The notes under the pieces: generated by a model
Database searches by the model: none
Told to the model about the DNA's origin: nothing
Seen by the model: only the letters and a program-made list of their open reading frames with translations
Shown: one piece after another, positions 51,774 through 64,000 of the stretch
Numbering within the stretch: the first letter of the stretch is position 1
Layout: every line of letters begins with the position of its first letter
Made by a program: the position numbers and the translations under genes
Source of the DNA: Chrysomallon squamiferum
Lineage: Eukaryota; Animalia; Mollusca
Direction of reading: 5' to 3'
Assembly: GCA_012295275.1 (NCBI GenBank)
Contig: CM022677.1
Span: 12,090,001-12,154,000 of the forward strand
Length of the DNA stretch: 64,000 bases

Positions 51774-54726
51774 CTGAAGTAAGTTTAACTAAATCATCAG
51801 TGACAGATACAGATAGGTCAGGATTATTTCAAATGTCCACATCCTTCAAAGAAAGGAGTTTTCCTTGGAAATGTTCTACCAGAAACTCAATCCGCTTGTT
51901 GGTTAAACAACAGGAATTCAGACTTGATTCCTGTAGAGAACTTGTGACTGATTTGGATTCTGGAATACCTGAAATAAGTGAAAAACAGTATTAAGAAACT
52001 TGGCAACTGCATTTAAACTATGAGCAGAAAAAGAAAAAAATATATAATAATGAGAAATTTGTCAAATCTTGATAGAGAATGACATACATGTCTGTATATA
52101 TGTATATATGTATATATGAGATATATATATGAAGAGAGAGAGAGAAAGAGATATTAATAACACACACATATATATATATATTTTACAAATTAAATCTAAA
52201 TTTACCATCAACAGTAAGTGTTTGGTTGTTAAGTTTTGCATCATTCAGAAGAAAAGCTGTCATCTTTGTAGTAGACAAATCTTTAGACCAACATCATTGA
52301 TATTACACTTACTGACACATACAGACAATAACAAACATACTGGCTTCTGTCAATAAAAATAAATAATGAAATTAATCTAATATTAAAATTGTATATACAT
52401 TCATAGAGAAAGACAGACATATATTGTTAAAGATTATACGACAGATATCCATGTAAGAACTTACACACCCGCACAACACACAAGTTGACACACACATTAA
52501 GACACACACACAAACACCCAAATGTACGTATACATACAAAGAGATAGATGAATTTTGTTAATGCAAATACTATTGACAACTAATGTAATTGTTTATCATC
52601 AGCTACCATGTATCACCAATATTTACTATTACACTTTTCATGTGAACACAGCAAACTGTTTGAGTTGTGAAATTTCCTCTCACCTTTAAAGCAGCAGCCA
52701 GTCCTTTAGTGAGAGCAGTTTTATCAGATAATCCATTACTAGACAGATCTAGTTCTGTGAGTCCAGTGTATAGTGAGAGCAGTTTTATCAGATAATCCAT
52801 TACTAGACAGATCTAGTTCTGTGAGTCCATGTTTTCTACTAAAGTCAGTGATAGAAGTTAGAGAGAGAGAGAGAGAGAGAATAATCATTTCCTAGATAAT
52901 TACTCAACAGCAGTAACAGTGATAATGATAACTGTGTAGAAGAGAATAACTTAGATAATAGCAGTAACAGTGATAATGATAACTGTGGTAGAATTAACTA
53001 CAAGTAGACTATTACAGTAAGCAGAGGTAGTTAACACCTGCAGACACCATAGCAGTAGTGATAGTAGATGTAATAATATAAGTAACAACAGTAGAAATAG
53101 CAGTAACAGACATAGATAAATAGATATATAATAGTTATCTACTGGTAATAGCTTTAGCGTGTTGAAAGTCACTGTTAGTAACTATTTTTTCAGTAGTAGA
53201 ATAATAGTAGTGACAGTCATAGTAACAAAAGTAGCAATATTAGTAGCTAACTGATAATTCTGGATAATTACTGATTACTGATAACAAGAACAATAATAAT
53301 AAGAAGAAGAAGAAATTTTATAACAGTTATAATTAAGATTACTCACAGCACTCTCAGTGTCTGTTTTGTTGGTGGTGAGGCTAAGGAAGATCACTGTTGT
53401 GTTAGAACACGTTGCCAAACACACAGCTTGGAAAGCCTGGGGTCCAAAACTGTTTCCTGATAAATTTAAAACCAAGGTAAAAAAATAATTAAAGAAAATA
53501 TGTAACCACTAAATTATTCAACAGGTTGTAATTTTAAATAAAATAATGAAAAGGTTGATAATAATTAATGTGAATATTATCTAATACAATATGATTATGT
53601 TTTAAACAAATTAAAAATAATAAGAAAAAATAAAAATAAATAAATGATAGATACATACATAGACAGAGAGAAGATAGATAGAAAGATTTATAAATAAATA
53701 AAAATAAATAAACTAAAAACAATCAACTGTCTGCTAAAACATGTTTTAAGAGAATGTTTATAAATTAAAACTATAAATAAATTTAAAATTATTTAAATAA
53801 CTGATTCTTAAGCTATTTATGTTCAGAATTATCAAAAGAGAATTTAAAGAAAGATTATATATAATATTTTCTTTCTTTATTATACTTCAAAAAATATTAC
53901 AACTTTGACAATAATTGTTAAAAATCATAAAGAAAAGAAAGGAAGAAAAAGAAAGAAAACTAAAATCTTGCTAACGAGGAACAAATAAGAAATGATACAT
54001 AAAGACAGAGACTGACAAACAGATAAATATACAGTAAGTAGAGACATGCAGATTATCAGAAAGAAATACACACAGACAAAAAGATAAGTATATAGTAAGT
54101 ATATAGTAAAGTATATAGACAGATTCTCAGAAAGACAAACATATTTATCTGAACATTTTCAAGGAAAGAAATACACACAGACAAACAGAAAAGCAGAGAG
54201 AGATAGAAATAACATAAATAAATAGGCAGACAGAAAGAGAAACAGACAGATAGACTAAGCCATATTTACAGACATATTTACCTGAATATTTCTTAAACAT
54301 TTTAAAAATCTAAGACTAGGTGGTAAAGCTTGTGGCAGATTAAATCTTGGCCTGGCTGCTTTCAACAAAAAATCCAGTTTCACAAGAAGATTAGACATGA
54401 TCAAACTTTTTCTGCGGCTGTGGATGCACATCTTCCATGCTGTCACCCTTACTGAAAGAAAGTTTTGAAACTAATTTCTTTTCTTTTGTCAGAGTTGTTT
54501 CAGCAGTTTGTTCACTTTCTTTCTTAGACATTATTTTTACTGAAAAACCTCTGGAAATGGGTGGTGCTGTTTCTGGATTCTTTTCTAGTGTGTTGGGATG
54601 TTTCTTGGCACAGGAGTTTGAGTTTTCAGTGGTTGGTGTGGTGATGTCAGTTTGTCTCGGGTCTAATGGTGGTACTGGTGTTGTTGGTGCTGACTGCTGT
54701 TTCATTTTCAATAACCCATGTCAGTT
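51774..54726 (-). pseudogene. RNI-like LRR gene fragment, copy B (exons 54726-54282, ~53480-53347, ~52840-52684, 51968-51774)
   Basis: LNLSGNSFGPQAFQAVCLATCSNTTVIFLSLTTNKTD, GLTELDLSSNGLSDKTALTKGLAAALK and SLKDVDI*NNPDLSV. It has an in-frame TGA and a 64-bp internal tandem duplication (52709/52773). It is the inverted paralogue of copy A, introns included. Confidence 0.75.
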
Positions 54727-55959
54727 CTGTGGAAATAAAAAAATATAGAAAGAAAACAAATTATATATATAAACAGAGGGCAGATCTTAAGAGAAATCAT
54801 GGTTGCAAACATAAATACAACAAATTATAACAATAATAATTAAAAAAAAGAATTATAATTCTTTAAATAAAATGAGCAGGAGAATAAAATTAAAAAAAAC
54901 ACAAAAGAAATTAAAATGATAAAAGTAAGACAACTGAAAAACTAAAATAAATAATATGTTAGTTTTTAAGTGATGTCAGAAAAAAAAAAATTAAATAACA
55001 ACTAAAGGTAACATAAAAGAATAAGCAGAAACTAGGAAATGAAGACTAAGAAACAAAAACAATGCAGAATAAGAATGGTTAGTAGTTCAAAAAAAAAAAA
55101 AAAATAATAAAAAAAATAAAAATAATAAGAATCATTAAAATAATAATGAAGAATTTAAAATATGAAGAAATAAAAAGAAAGAAGAATAAGAACTATGAAC
55201 AGAAACTGGGAGACTAAAAATTGTAAGTAAATTGTATATTACAAAAAAAAATAAACAATCAAATAACTTTAAAGAAAACACAAACATTAAAACAAATATA
55301 AATAAACACAGGAATAAGAACAGATGAAGAAGCACTACAGAATGCTCAATAATGGAAATAAGATCTCTTAAATTTTAATATTTATATCAATTTTCATTTT
55401 CATGAACAACAGAAATACAAATAAGCTTCTTTTTTTCTTCTTCCTTTTTATAGCACTGAAAGATTTTAATGAATTTTAAATTTGTATTTATTTATTTTCA
55501 GTATTTTGTTTTCAATCACAAAATAAAAACAAAATATTTCTTTCTTTTTTAATTAACATTTTTCTTCTTTCTTTTTTGTTTGTTTGTTTCTTACTTAATA
55601 TTATATAAGTTTATACTAAATTTTCACTAATTAGGACTATTATTATTATTATTAGTAGTAGTAGTAGTAGTAGTATTTCTTTTTCCAAAAGAAAAAAAGA
55701 GTAAGTTTGTTGAGTGAGAGTAATAAAATAATAATTATTATTATTTAAAATCTGTATTGAATTATATTTAACTTGCATTTTTATCAACAGCAAAAATGAA
55801 AATGTATTAAAATATGTATAATGAATGTGAAAATTAACCCTGAACAACCTGCATTTTTTCTTTTCAACAATGGAATATATATATTCATTTAAAAAATCCA
55901 CTTTCATTCACAATAAACAGTGAAATCTTAAATCAAAACATATTGAACACCATCGCGAT

Positions 55960-58479
55960 CCACAAAAAAACCCACACAGACATCAAAAAAAAGTTGTGAT
56001 ATTTGTTAGAAGCACAAATACACATCATCGACAAAACAACTAAAATAAACAAAAATCAAAATGGAAAAGAAATATATATCGAAATAGATACAAAATCATT
56101 AAAAGCTATAGGTCCCAGCATAACTATCTGGGATGAAGTATTTACTGTCAGGGTTTTACCCTTGTTGACAACAAACAAAGAAAAGACCCACACCACAACC
56201 CAGAAAAACACTGCTCACGCAACAGCAGCCAAAACAAACACTCATTACACAACAACAGCAGCCAAAACACACACTCATTACACAACAACAACAACAGCCA
56301 AAACAAACACTCATTACACAACAACAACTCAGGCCAATGCCGTTCTCTGGCAAAGTGTGCGAATTGCCAGGGTCCACACTCATCACATTACAAAATGTGC
56401 CCATCAAAAATTACAAAATTACAAAAACCAAGCAACAACTTTGAACACAACAGAAGAGAAAACAAAATTCTATGAACTGTTAACAAAAAATGCAAATAAA
56501 TCGAACAAAAAACCAAAACCATCATTGAAAAAAATCGACCACCACAACAACAAACCAAAAGACAAGCTGGACAAGGAGGTCAGAATTGCAGAAATACACA
56601 AATTTATTGTCTGCCTCATCATCGAACTGCACAACATCAGAAACAACCAAGGAAACAGCACAGATGACTCCGATTTGGAGCACACAGTAGCTCAAATAAA
56701 CAAAGACAACTTGGGTTTCAAGATCTCCACAGACAACAAAGACTTAAATTACACACAGACAAGAGAAATCCCACAAACACAAAACAACAGTGAACAAAAA
56801 AAACAACAAAAAAACAAAAAACAAACAGTAACAACCATTTACACGCTCTTCACAACAAGGACACAATAACACAGGCCTCTCCACTCTTCACAACAAGGAC
56901 ACAATAATACAGGCCTCTCCACTCTTCACAACAAGGACACAATAACACAGGCCTCTCCACTCTTCACAACAAGCAAACAATAACACAGGCCTCTCCACTC
57001 TTCACAACAAGGACACAATAACACAGGCCTCTCCACTCTTCAAACAATAACACAGAAGGACATAATAACACAGGCCTCTCCACTCTTCACAACAAGCAAA
57101 CAATAACACAGACCTCTCCACTCTTCACAACAAGCACATAATAACACAGGCCTGTCCACTCTTCACAACAAGCAAACAATAACACAGACCTCTCCACTCT
57201 TCACAACAAGCACATAATAACACAGGCCTCTCCACTCTTCACAACAAGCACATAATAACACACAAACAAGACCTCTCCACAACAAGCAAACACAGGCCTC
57301 TCCACTCTTCACAACAAGCACACAATAACACAGGCCTCTCCACTCTTCACAACAACAAACAAGACCTCTCCACTCTTCACAACAAACATAATAACACAGG
57401 CCTCTCCACTCTTCACAACAAGCAAACAATAACACAGACCTCTCCACTCTTCACAACAAGCACATAATAACACAGGCCTCTCCACTCTTCACAACAAGCA
57501 AACAATAACACAGACCTCTCCACTCTTCACAACAAGCACATAATAACACAGGCCTCTCCACTCTTCACAACAAGCACATAATAACACAGGCCTCTCCACT
57601 CTTCACAACAAGCAAACAATAACACAGACCTCTCCACTCTTCACAACAAGCACATAATAACACAGGCCTCTCCACTCTTCACAACAAGCACGATAACACA
57701 GACCTCTCCACTCTTCACATAATAAACAACTCTTCACAACAAGCACATAATAACACAGACCTCTCCACTCTTCACAACAAGCAAACAATAACACAGACCT
57801 CTCCACTCTTCACAACAAGCACATAATAACACAGACCTCTCCACTCTTCACAACAAGCACAATAACACAGGCCTCTCCACTCTTCAGCTAAAGGCCTCCA
57901 CTCACCAGGCCACAGAGACAAAATCGGACACTTCCTGACCTCCACTGAAAACACACCAGATGTAATATGCATTTAAGAAACATGGCTATGACACTACAAC
58001 AAAAACAACAAAACAACAAAAGCTTTTAAGGTCCCCAGGTATCAAAGTCACTACGTCATCAGATTCAGCAGCACCCAGGAAGGCATCATGACATTCATCA
58101 AACAACACATTCCACACACCAAGCTGTCCCAAGGCAAAGTCCACACCAACATCAAAATACTAAGCATCACAGTACACAACAACAATCAAAACATCGACAT
58201 AATTAACATATACAGCCCACCCACTCCCACACTACACACCTTAAACCCACAACTTCAACAAAATGATAACAACAAACAAGAAGATCATTATAGTGGGCGA
58301 TTTCAACTGTCACAACACCTTATGGGGTGGCTCCACAGATGACAGCCCTGGAAACATCCTAGAAAATTTCATAGAGCAAAACCAGCTGGTTTGTCTGAAC
58401 GATGGAACATTCACATACACTAGCAACATCAATAGTAGCCAGTCCGCCATTGATCTAATATTCAAAGTAAGGACATCAC
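55960..58479 (+). mobile_element. LINE 5' part: gag-like ORF1 (zinc knuckle) and APE endonuclease of ORF2, disrupted, running into a gap
   Basis: An alternative frame at ~56332 gives GQCRSLAKCANCQGPHSSHYKMCP. From 57887 it reads AKGL...PDVICI*ETWL, INIYSPP, IIVGDFNCHNTLWGG, LVCLNDGTFT and SAIDL. Confidence 0.88.
56843..57887 (+). repeat. 38-bp minisatellite (~27 copies) inside the LINE
   Basis: Unit cactcttcacaacaagcacataataacacaggcctctc; starts at 56882 and 56920. Confidence 0.95.
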
Positions 58480-58679
58480 NNNNNNNNNNNNNNNNNNNNN
58501 NNNNNNNNNNNNNNNNNNNNNNNNNNNNNNNNNNNNNNNNNNNNNNNNNNNNNNNNNNNNNNNNNNNNNNNNNNNNNNNNNNNNNNNNNNNNNNNNNNNN
58601 NNNNNNNNNNNNNNNNNNNNNNNNNNNNNNNNNNNNNNNNNNNNNNNNNNNNNNNNNNNNNNNNNNNNNNNNNNNNNNN
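58480..58679. other. Assembly gap (200 N)
   Basis: Run of N. Confidence 0.99.
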
Positions 58680-59050
58680 ATACACATGCCAGTATTGTTT
58701 AGGTAAAGTCAGTTTTTCATGACGTCAATCTAAAACCGGCATAAATTATATAATGTTTCCTTACTGAGTAATGATTTACTTTCACAGTGGTAATAAGTCT
58801 CCTAGCACATTCATGATTTGTTCACCGTTGGCAACAAGCTTCAAACATGGATGTTTTGGGATATTTATTAAGAATATCTAAACAAATGAAAACAATTATC
58901 AAAATTTGAAAGTTTCCCCAAAACAAAGATTCTTGTCTTTAAAACACTGTTTAATAACACTAATTACCAAAGTCAACTCTGAAATCATCATTATCAGAAT
59001 TGCTAAAGCAAGTTCATTTACATTCATGAACAGCTTTTTTTATGGTATCA

Positions 59051-59705
59051 GGTCAATTGCCCCTGGACACTGCCCCTAAGGACAACTGCCCTCATTTTTC
59101 TTCAAATATACCGTTCAAAGTTATTTTTAAGCAACATTCCAATAAATTCGTCAAAGCTACCTAGAGTCAGCTAATTACTAATTGAACTTGATCAGAGGCA
59201 TTTGGATTACTTTGATCTGCTAAAACGTCTGCTGAAACATATTATCAAAAATCATCTAACACCAAAGCTAACGAAAGTCAGCTAATTACTAATTCAGGTT
59301 AATTAAATGCTAAAGATTCCTTTGATTTGGCAACTGATCAATAATTAAGACGAATGAGACAGTATATAAGGTCATAGCGTCAGAGTATGGTCATCCAAAA
59401 CTTGCGTTCGAAAACTATGTGTATGTCCGACAGAAGGAACTCAGTGGTGCAGTGACTTCTTACGAGTGTGAAGGAAGAAGAGAACACGCTTGTAAAGCTA
59501 AACTGAACTGTGTCTGGATGCTTCTTTCATCTGGCGCCAAGTTTAACTCATTAGTCTAGCAGTTCGTTACAATACTGATGAAGAAATTGCAGCTGGAATT
59601 GCATTCGTTCCAGTGCATGAAGTGACGGCAGCTTTTGAAGCGCTATCAGAAGCTGATGACCATAACTCTGTATTACAAATACTTGAGGACAACTTCATCG
59701 GTTTA
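59051..59705 (+). mobile_element. Internally deleted Mutator-like element (FLYWCH finger plus MULE transposase remnant)
   Basis: Subterminal repeats ggtcaattgcccctggacactgcccctaaggacaactgccct. GHPKLAFENYVYVRQKELSGAVTSYECEGRREHACKAKL is fused to VSGCFFHLA...AVRYNTDEE..AGIAFVPVHEVTAAFEAL...EDNFIG. Confidence 0.8.
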
Positions 59706-60129
59706 AAGTAAGTGCTACCAATATAGATTAAGATGACTGCCTCCTACTGGGAGCTTTCGTTACCAGTGGCAACTGTATGGTCGGCCACATATGGCAATTG
59801 CAGCCTGTTATTTAAGGGGGGACACAGCAAAGATTGCACTTAGGTCTTGGACACTGCAGGACCTTAAACACTTCTACAGAAGGTGGCGACACTGGTGTTG
59901 TTTGTTTTGTGTTCTTTTTGTTTTTTTCATACTGGCTTCATGTTTTTTGTTCTCCAACTCTAGAATTTTTATTATGATTTGTTTTATGACTCTGTTTTTC
60001 CTCCTTGGAAATGCCACAGTTACCATATTGTAAATGTTAACATTGTTGTAGCAGAAATTACCTAATATTAAAGCCCTTTGTTTAGACAGTCATATATATT
60101 ACGAATATATATTATACGTACAGCTAGCT

Positions 60130-60325
60130 AAGAGATCCGCTTGCTTCCCCTCACCGCCCAGTTACATTCTCGCGTCAGAAGTGGGATTTTAAGTCAATTA
60201 GGACTGAACCCGGACATTTAGAAATTAAGTGAAAGACGGCCAATGGGCTCACGTGACCAGGCATAGACAAGATTTGATGTTGACGATTATGCGAGACTAC
60301 ATGGTTGACGTCACGAGATTCCCAA
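60130..60325. promoter_or_regulatory. CpG-rich promoter-like motif cluster
   Basis: CCAAT at 60240, TCACGTGAC E-box at 60249, GACTACA at ~60295, TGACGTCA CRE at 60306 and TCTCGCG at ~60167. No linked exon was identified. Confidence 0.35.
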
Positions 60326-60961
60326 CTGAAGAGGCTTACCAAATTGATACAAATTGATCCAAGAACATTTACATTTTTTTCACATGAATAATAATAATAA
60401 TAAAAATAATAACATGTTTATGTAACTAAGATATACAGTATACAGTATATTAAGTTCAGTGTATGTTATAACCATTGGTAAACATTTCTTCAGGTCTACC
60501 TGTAGTTGGGATTGTGTAAAATATTATTTTATATTCCAGTGAATAATAGTCTATAAGTTAATATGGAGCTTTGGAGAAATAAATAACTAAAAACATGTTC
60601 ATTTCAGACAGTTGCAGTACTTTCCGATTCTATGAATGAGTTTGGAAAAATCACGTTCTTTATAAATAATATGTCATAAGCCGTGAATTGTAACCGGAAG
60701 TGGGAGGAGTTTTCTCCGAGAACTAAAAATTATATCGATTAGCGTTATCTCCCTTTCGTGATATGTGTTCACAAACATAGATTAGAGTTATCTCCCTTTA
60801 GTGATATGTGTTCAGAAACATATGTTAGAGATGTACTCACTAAGCTTACATAAGCTAATTATCCCTACGGGATAAATGCAACCTCCAGAAAGGCCGTACC
60901 GCCGAGATTCGATCCACGATACTGGAACAATCACGTTCTTTATATATAATATGACATAACC

Positions 60962-63227
60962 CAGTGTTTCTCAACCTTTTTTTACTCTCGACATACCTAC
61001 GAGCGCATGAAACTGTCGCGATACAGTAATAATTTATAAATCGTAAAATAAATTTAAAAATACATATATGGACTTGTCTGATACAGTTTATTATGTTAGT
61101 ATCCCAGAATTGCCACTTACCTAGTGTGAAACTTGTGCCTGGTGTTGTCTTATAACTTCTTGAATATTTGGTCGTGTGCGATAAGCAAACTCTCATTTCT
61201 TCTTCAGTGGAACGTAGTCTTTCTCTCTTCTTATTTTTTATATTATTTAAGGTTGAAAAGCCCAATTCACACAATTAAGGAGTAGAGAATTGTAAAAGAA
61301 CTAACAGGGCTTTTTCAGCTAATGCGGGAAATTCCTTTTGTATTGAAATCCAAAATGTGTCGATATCTACCTCAGAATGCTTTATTTTAAGACTGCGGTC
61401 ACTTGAAATGGTAGCCAATTCTTCTTCTTCGTATAATTTAAACCCAATATTAGAAGGAACATCTACAAAAGGATTACAAACCCAGTCGTACTTTTCAGTG
61501 TTCAACGACGGAAAGTAGTGGTCGATGTTTTCTTCGAGCGCTATAAGATGCTCAGTCACGATAGGGATCATTTCTTCAATGCAGTTAGTACGCATTGTAG
61601 GAAACATATCAAACTCACCCAACTTTGCTCTGTTTTTCCAAATAACAATGTTCCTTTTTTTTTCTGTCGAAGTTAGAATATTTTCGTTTCGACCTTGCAT
61701 ACTACTGTTCACAATATTATGTTGACCAAATATTTCCGTTAAATATTCCATTTTGGCCATCCAAAATTCACATCGAAGATATTTACAAAATCTTTCGTGC
61801 TTTTCTTTATCAAAAAATACTATTAATTCCTTCTGTAATTCATGAACGCGAGTTAACACTTTACCTTTTGACAGCCATCGAATGTCGGTATGCATGAGTA
61901 AGCGAACATGTTGAGAATTGAAAATTTCAACTACTTGATGTAACACTTGCTTCAAATCTTCTTGTGATACTTTTGAAACCAAAACTTCTCTATGTAAAAA
62001 GCAATGAGTACGAACAAGATTTGGATTTTTTTTCTGTGCTAGTGATGCAAAACCTTTAATGCAGCTACCATATATGGTGCACCATCAGTACAAATACCAA
62101 CACAAAACTTCCACGTCAAATTCATTTTTTTATGTTATCATATCAAAAATATCTTACCTCTAGTAGTTGTTGGCATTTCTTTACAACACAAAAACTGATT
62201 GATTATTTCATCATCATTAATGAAACGAACAAATACAAGCAACTGAGCACTGTTACTGATATCGGTCGATTCATCAACTATTAAAGCAAATTTAGATCCT
62301 TCAAGTTTTTTCTGAACATTAGTTTCAATGTTTTCAGATAAATCTACAATTCTCCTGTGTATTGTATCATTTGAAAGCAGAATTTTACTAATTTCTTTTT
62401 CAGCTGTTTCACCTAACATGGATTTCACCATCTTTTTACAAGCGGGAAGGATAACTGACTCAGCAAGAGTGTGGGATTTGGATTTCATTGCTATTATTTC
62501 AGCTACCTCAACTGAAGTGAGTTGAGCCTGTTCAGACACGGCCATTGTTTTCTGAAAAACATTGCGTTGCTTCGATTGCTGTTGTAACAGTCTTTGAAAA
62601 TAATTAAGATATTTATCTTATAGGTAGTAATGTTTAGTCGTGAAATGTCTTTGTAATTTATTTGATACCATGGATTCATTGGCCATTTGTTCACAACAAA
62701 CTATACATAATGGACACGGTTGAGCAACATCTCCTGACCAAGAAAATCCAAACTTCAAATAATCATCATAATACCGTCTATTATGGTGAACTTTTGCCTT
62801 TTTTGTGCTGGATTTTGTGGGCTTTATTCTACCAATGCAATAACAAAAACTGAATATCCTTATTTAATTAATTCACCATATGATTTAACTAAAGTATTTA
62901 AAACAGTGAAGTTAATTCGGCAATGGGCATTACGCACGCGCACACACGACCAGTGCGGAACAACACCACACACACAACCTATCACACTGACGTCTCATGG
63001 GCAACTTATCGACCTTCAGCGAAAGGAGCAAAGGTTGGTGGCCGCCACTGATTGGTGGACTTTGAATGTGTGCATATTCATTGGAGAAAGGAAGTTGCTT
63101 CCTCCAAGGCATATTAGTAGAACATGAAACCGAGATTTATGCACATTGTCCGTGTTTTCAGGTGTTCGTCACAAAGTTTCGCGACACACCTGAGGGAGCC
63201 TCGCGACACGGCGGTTGAGAATCACTG
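60962..63227 (-). mobile_element. hAT Buster/Charlie-family transposon (ZBED5/SCAND3-like transposase, frameshifted), both TIRs present
   Basis: TIRs cagtgtttctcaacc and ggttgagaatcactg. Minus-strand motifs HTLAESVILPAC, LSNDTIHRRI, FALIVDESTDISNSAQLLVFVRF, THCFLHRE, RWLSKGKVLTR and CELGFS.L. Confidence 0.93.
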
Positions 63228-63239
63228 CTCTAAGTAAAT

Positions 63240-64000
63240 GAATTCATCTACATTACAATCCATCAATAACTATCCATGCATCACCTATTCATCTTTACAT
63301 AACTACTTTACATATCTACCTTTCTCTGTTACTGTCCATTTATAACTCTCATTCACCATTCCCATATTTAGCCATCCTTATCACTGGCACACACAAACAC
63401 ATGCATTTTCTTATGCATATGCATGTGGTTATCACCTATCTACCTATCTATGTACATCTCTATATGTATGTCTATGTATTCAATTTTTCAGTCCATCAAC
63501 CTACCTAGTAGTTTATATCTGCCTATTTTTCTTTTATCGTGTAAATCCATTGACATCAATTACCATCAATACACCAATCAGTCATTTAAACATCTCCTTG
63601 CCTACATACTTACATATCCACCTTCAAATATCCCTATATTTCTGTATGTTTGCACACATATATACTCAATGTATTCACACACTTCAAAAAAGACAAGTAA
63701 ATTTACCTTTCAATACACATCTGTATACTAGTCCCTTATGCATACCTACACCTGCATGTGTGTGTATATCTACATATATCTCCATATCAAACTACTGATC
63801 TACTGACCTACCTACCTATCTGTCTCTCTGTGTGTCTGCTGTGTGACTGATAGATAGAGATAAATAGAGATAGATTACATATAAACCTACTGAACTACCT
63901 ACTATCTATATATATCTATTGAACTACTGACCTACCTTCCTGTCTGTTTATCTATCCACATTACAGATTGATAACTATCCGTCAATCATCTATCCAACTC
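63240..64000. repeat. Low-complexity (CTAT/CTAC/CATA-rich) sequence
   Basis: Degenerate tetranucleotide-like repeats; the overlapping ORFs are compositionally biased. Confidence 0.7.

Noticed and set aside
56843-57887. Regular 38-bp array resembling a CRISPR array
   Set aside because: There are no unique spacers and no cas genes, and the context is eukaryotic; it is a head-to-tail minisatellite. The same applies to 1595-2084 and 22223-22455.

Overview
This is AT-rich, microsatellite-rich animal genomic DNA with spliceosomal GT-AG introns and three 200-N scaffold gaps. It is probably a mollusc or other lophotrochozoan (inference from gene and repeat types). No prokaryotic systems, rRNA, tRNA or CRISPR are visible. 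From left to right it holds: the 3' exons of an MCC (colorectal mutant cancer) orthologue ending in ETSL*; a two-coding-exon TRIM-like gene (RING, coiled coil, NHL-like propeller; no B-box; one in-frame TAA); a ~1.4-kb imperfect palindrome in front of a disrupted Mind bomb-like gene (MIB-ZZ-MIB-repeat-ankyrin); two inverted, disrupted copies of an RNI-like LRR gene segment; and, between them, a four-exon type-I membrane Ig-superfamily receptor (signal peptide, V-like, C2-like, TM, tail). Many transposon remnants are present (CGGBP1-like hAT, Sola2-like MITEs, two LINEs, a MULE, a Buster-type hAT). The most unusual structure is a ~94% identical antisense copy of the Ig gene's own exon 3, with its splice acceptor, inside intron 1. 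Further inverted TE pairs bracket exon 2, which predicts long pre-mRNA duplexes that could affect splicing or A-to-I editing. All alignments and counts were done by eye, and some frameshifts may be assembly errors.
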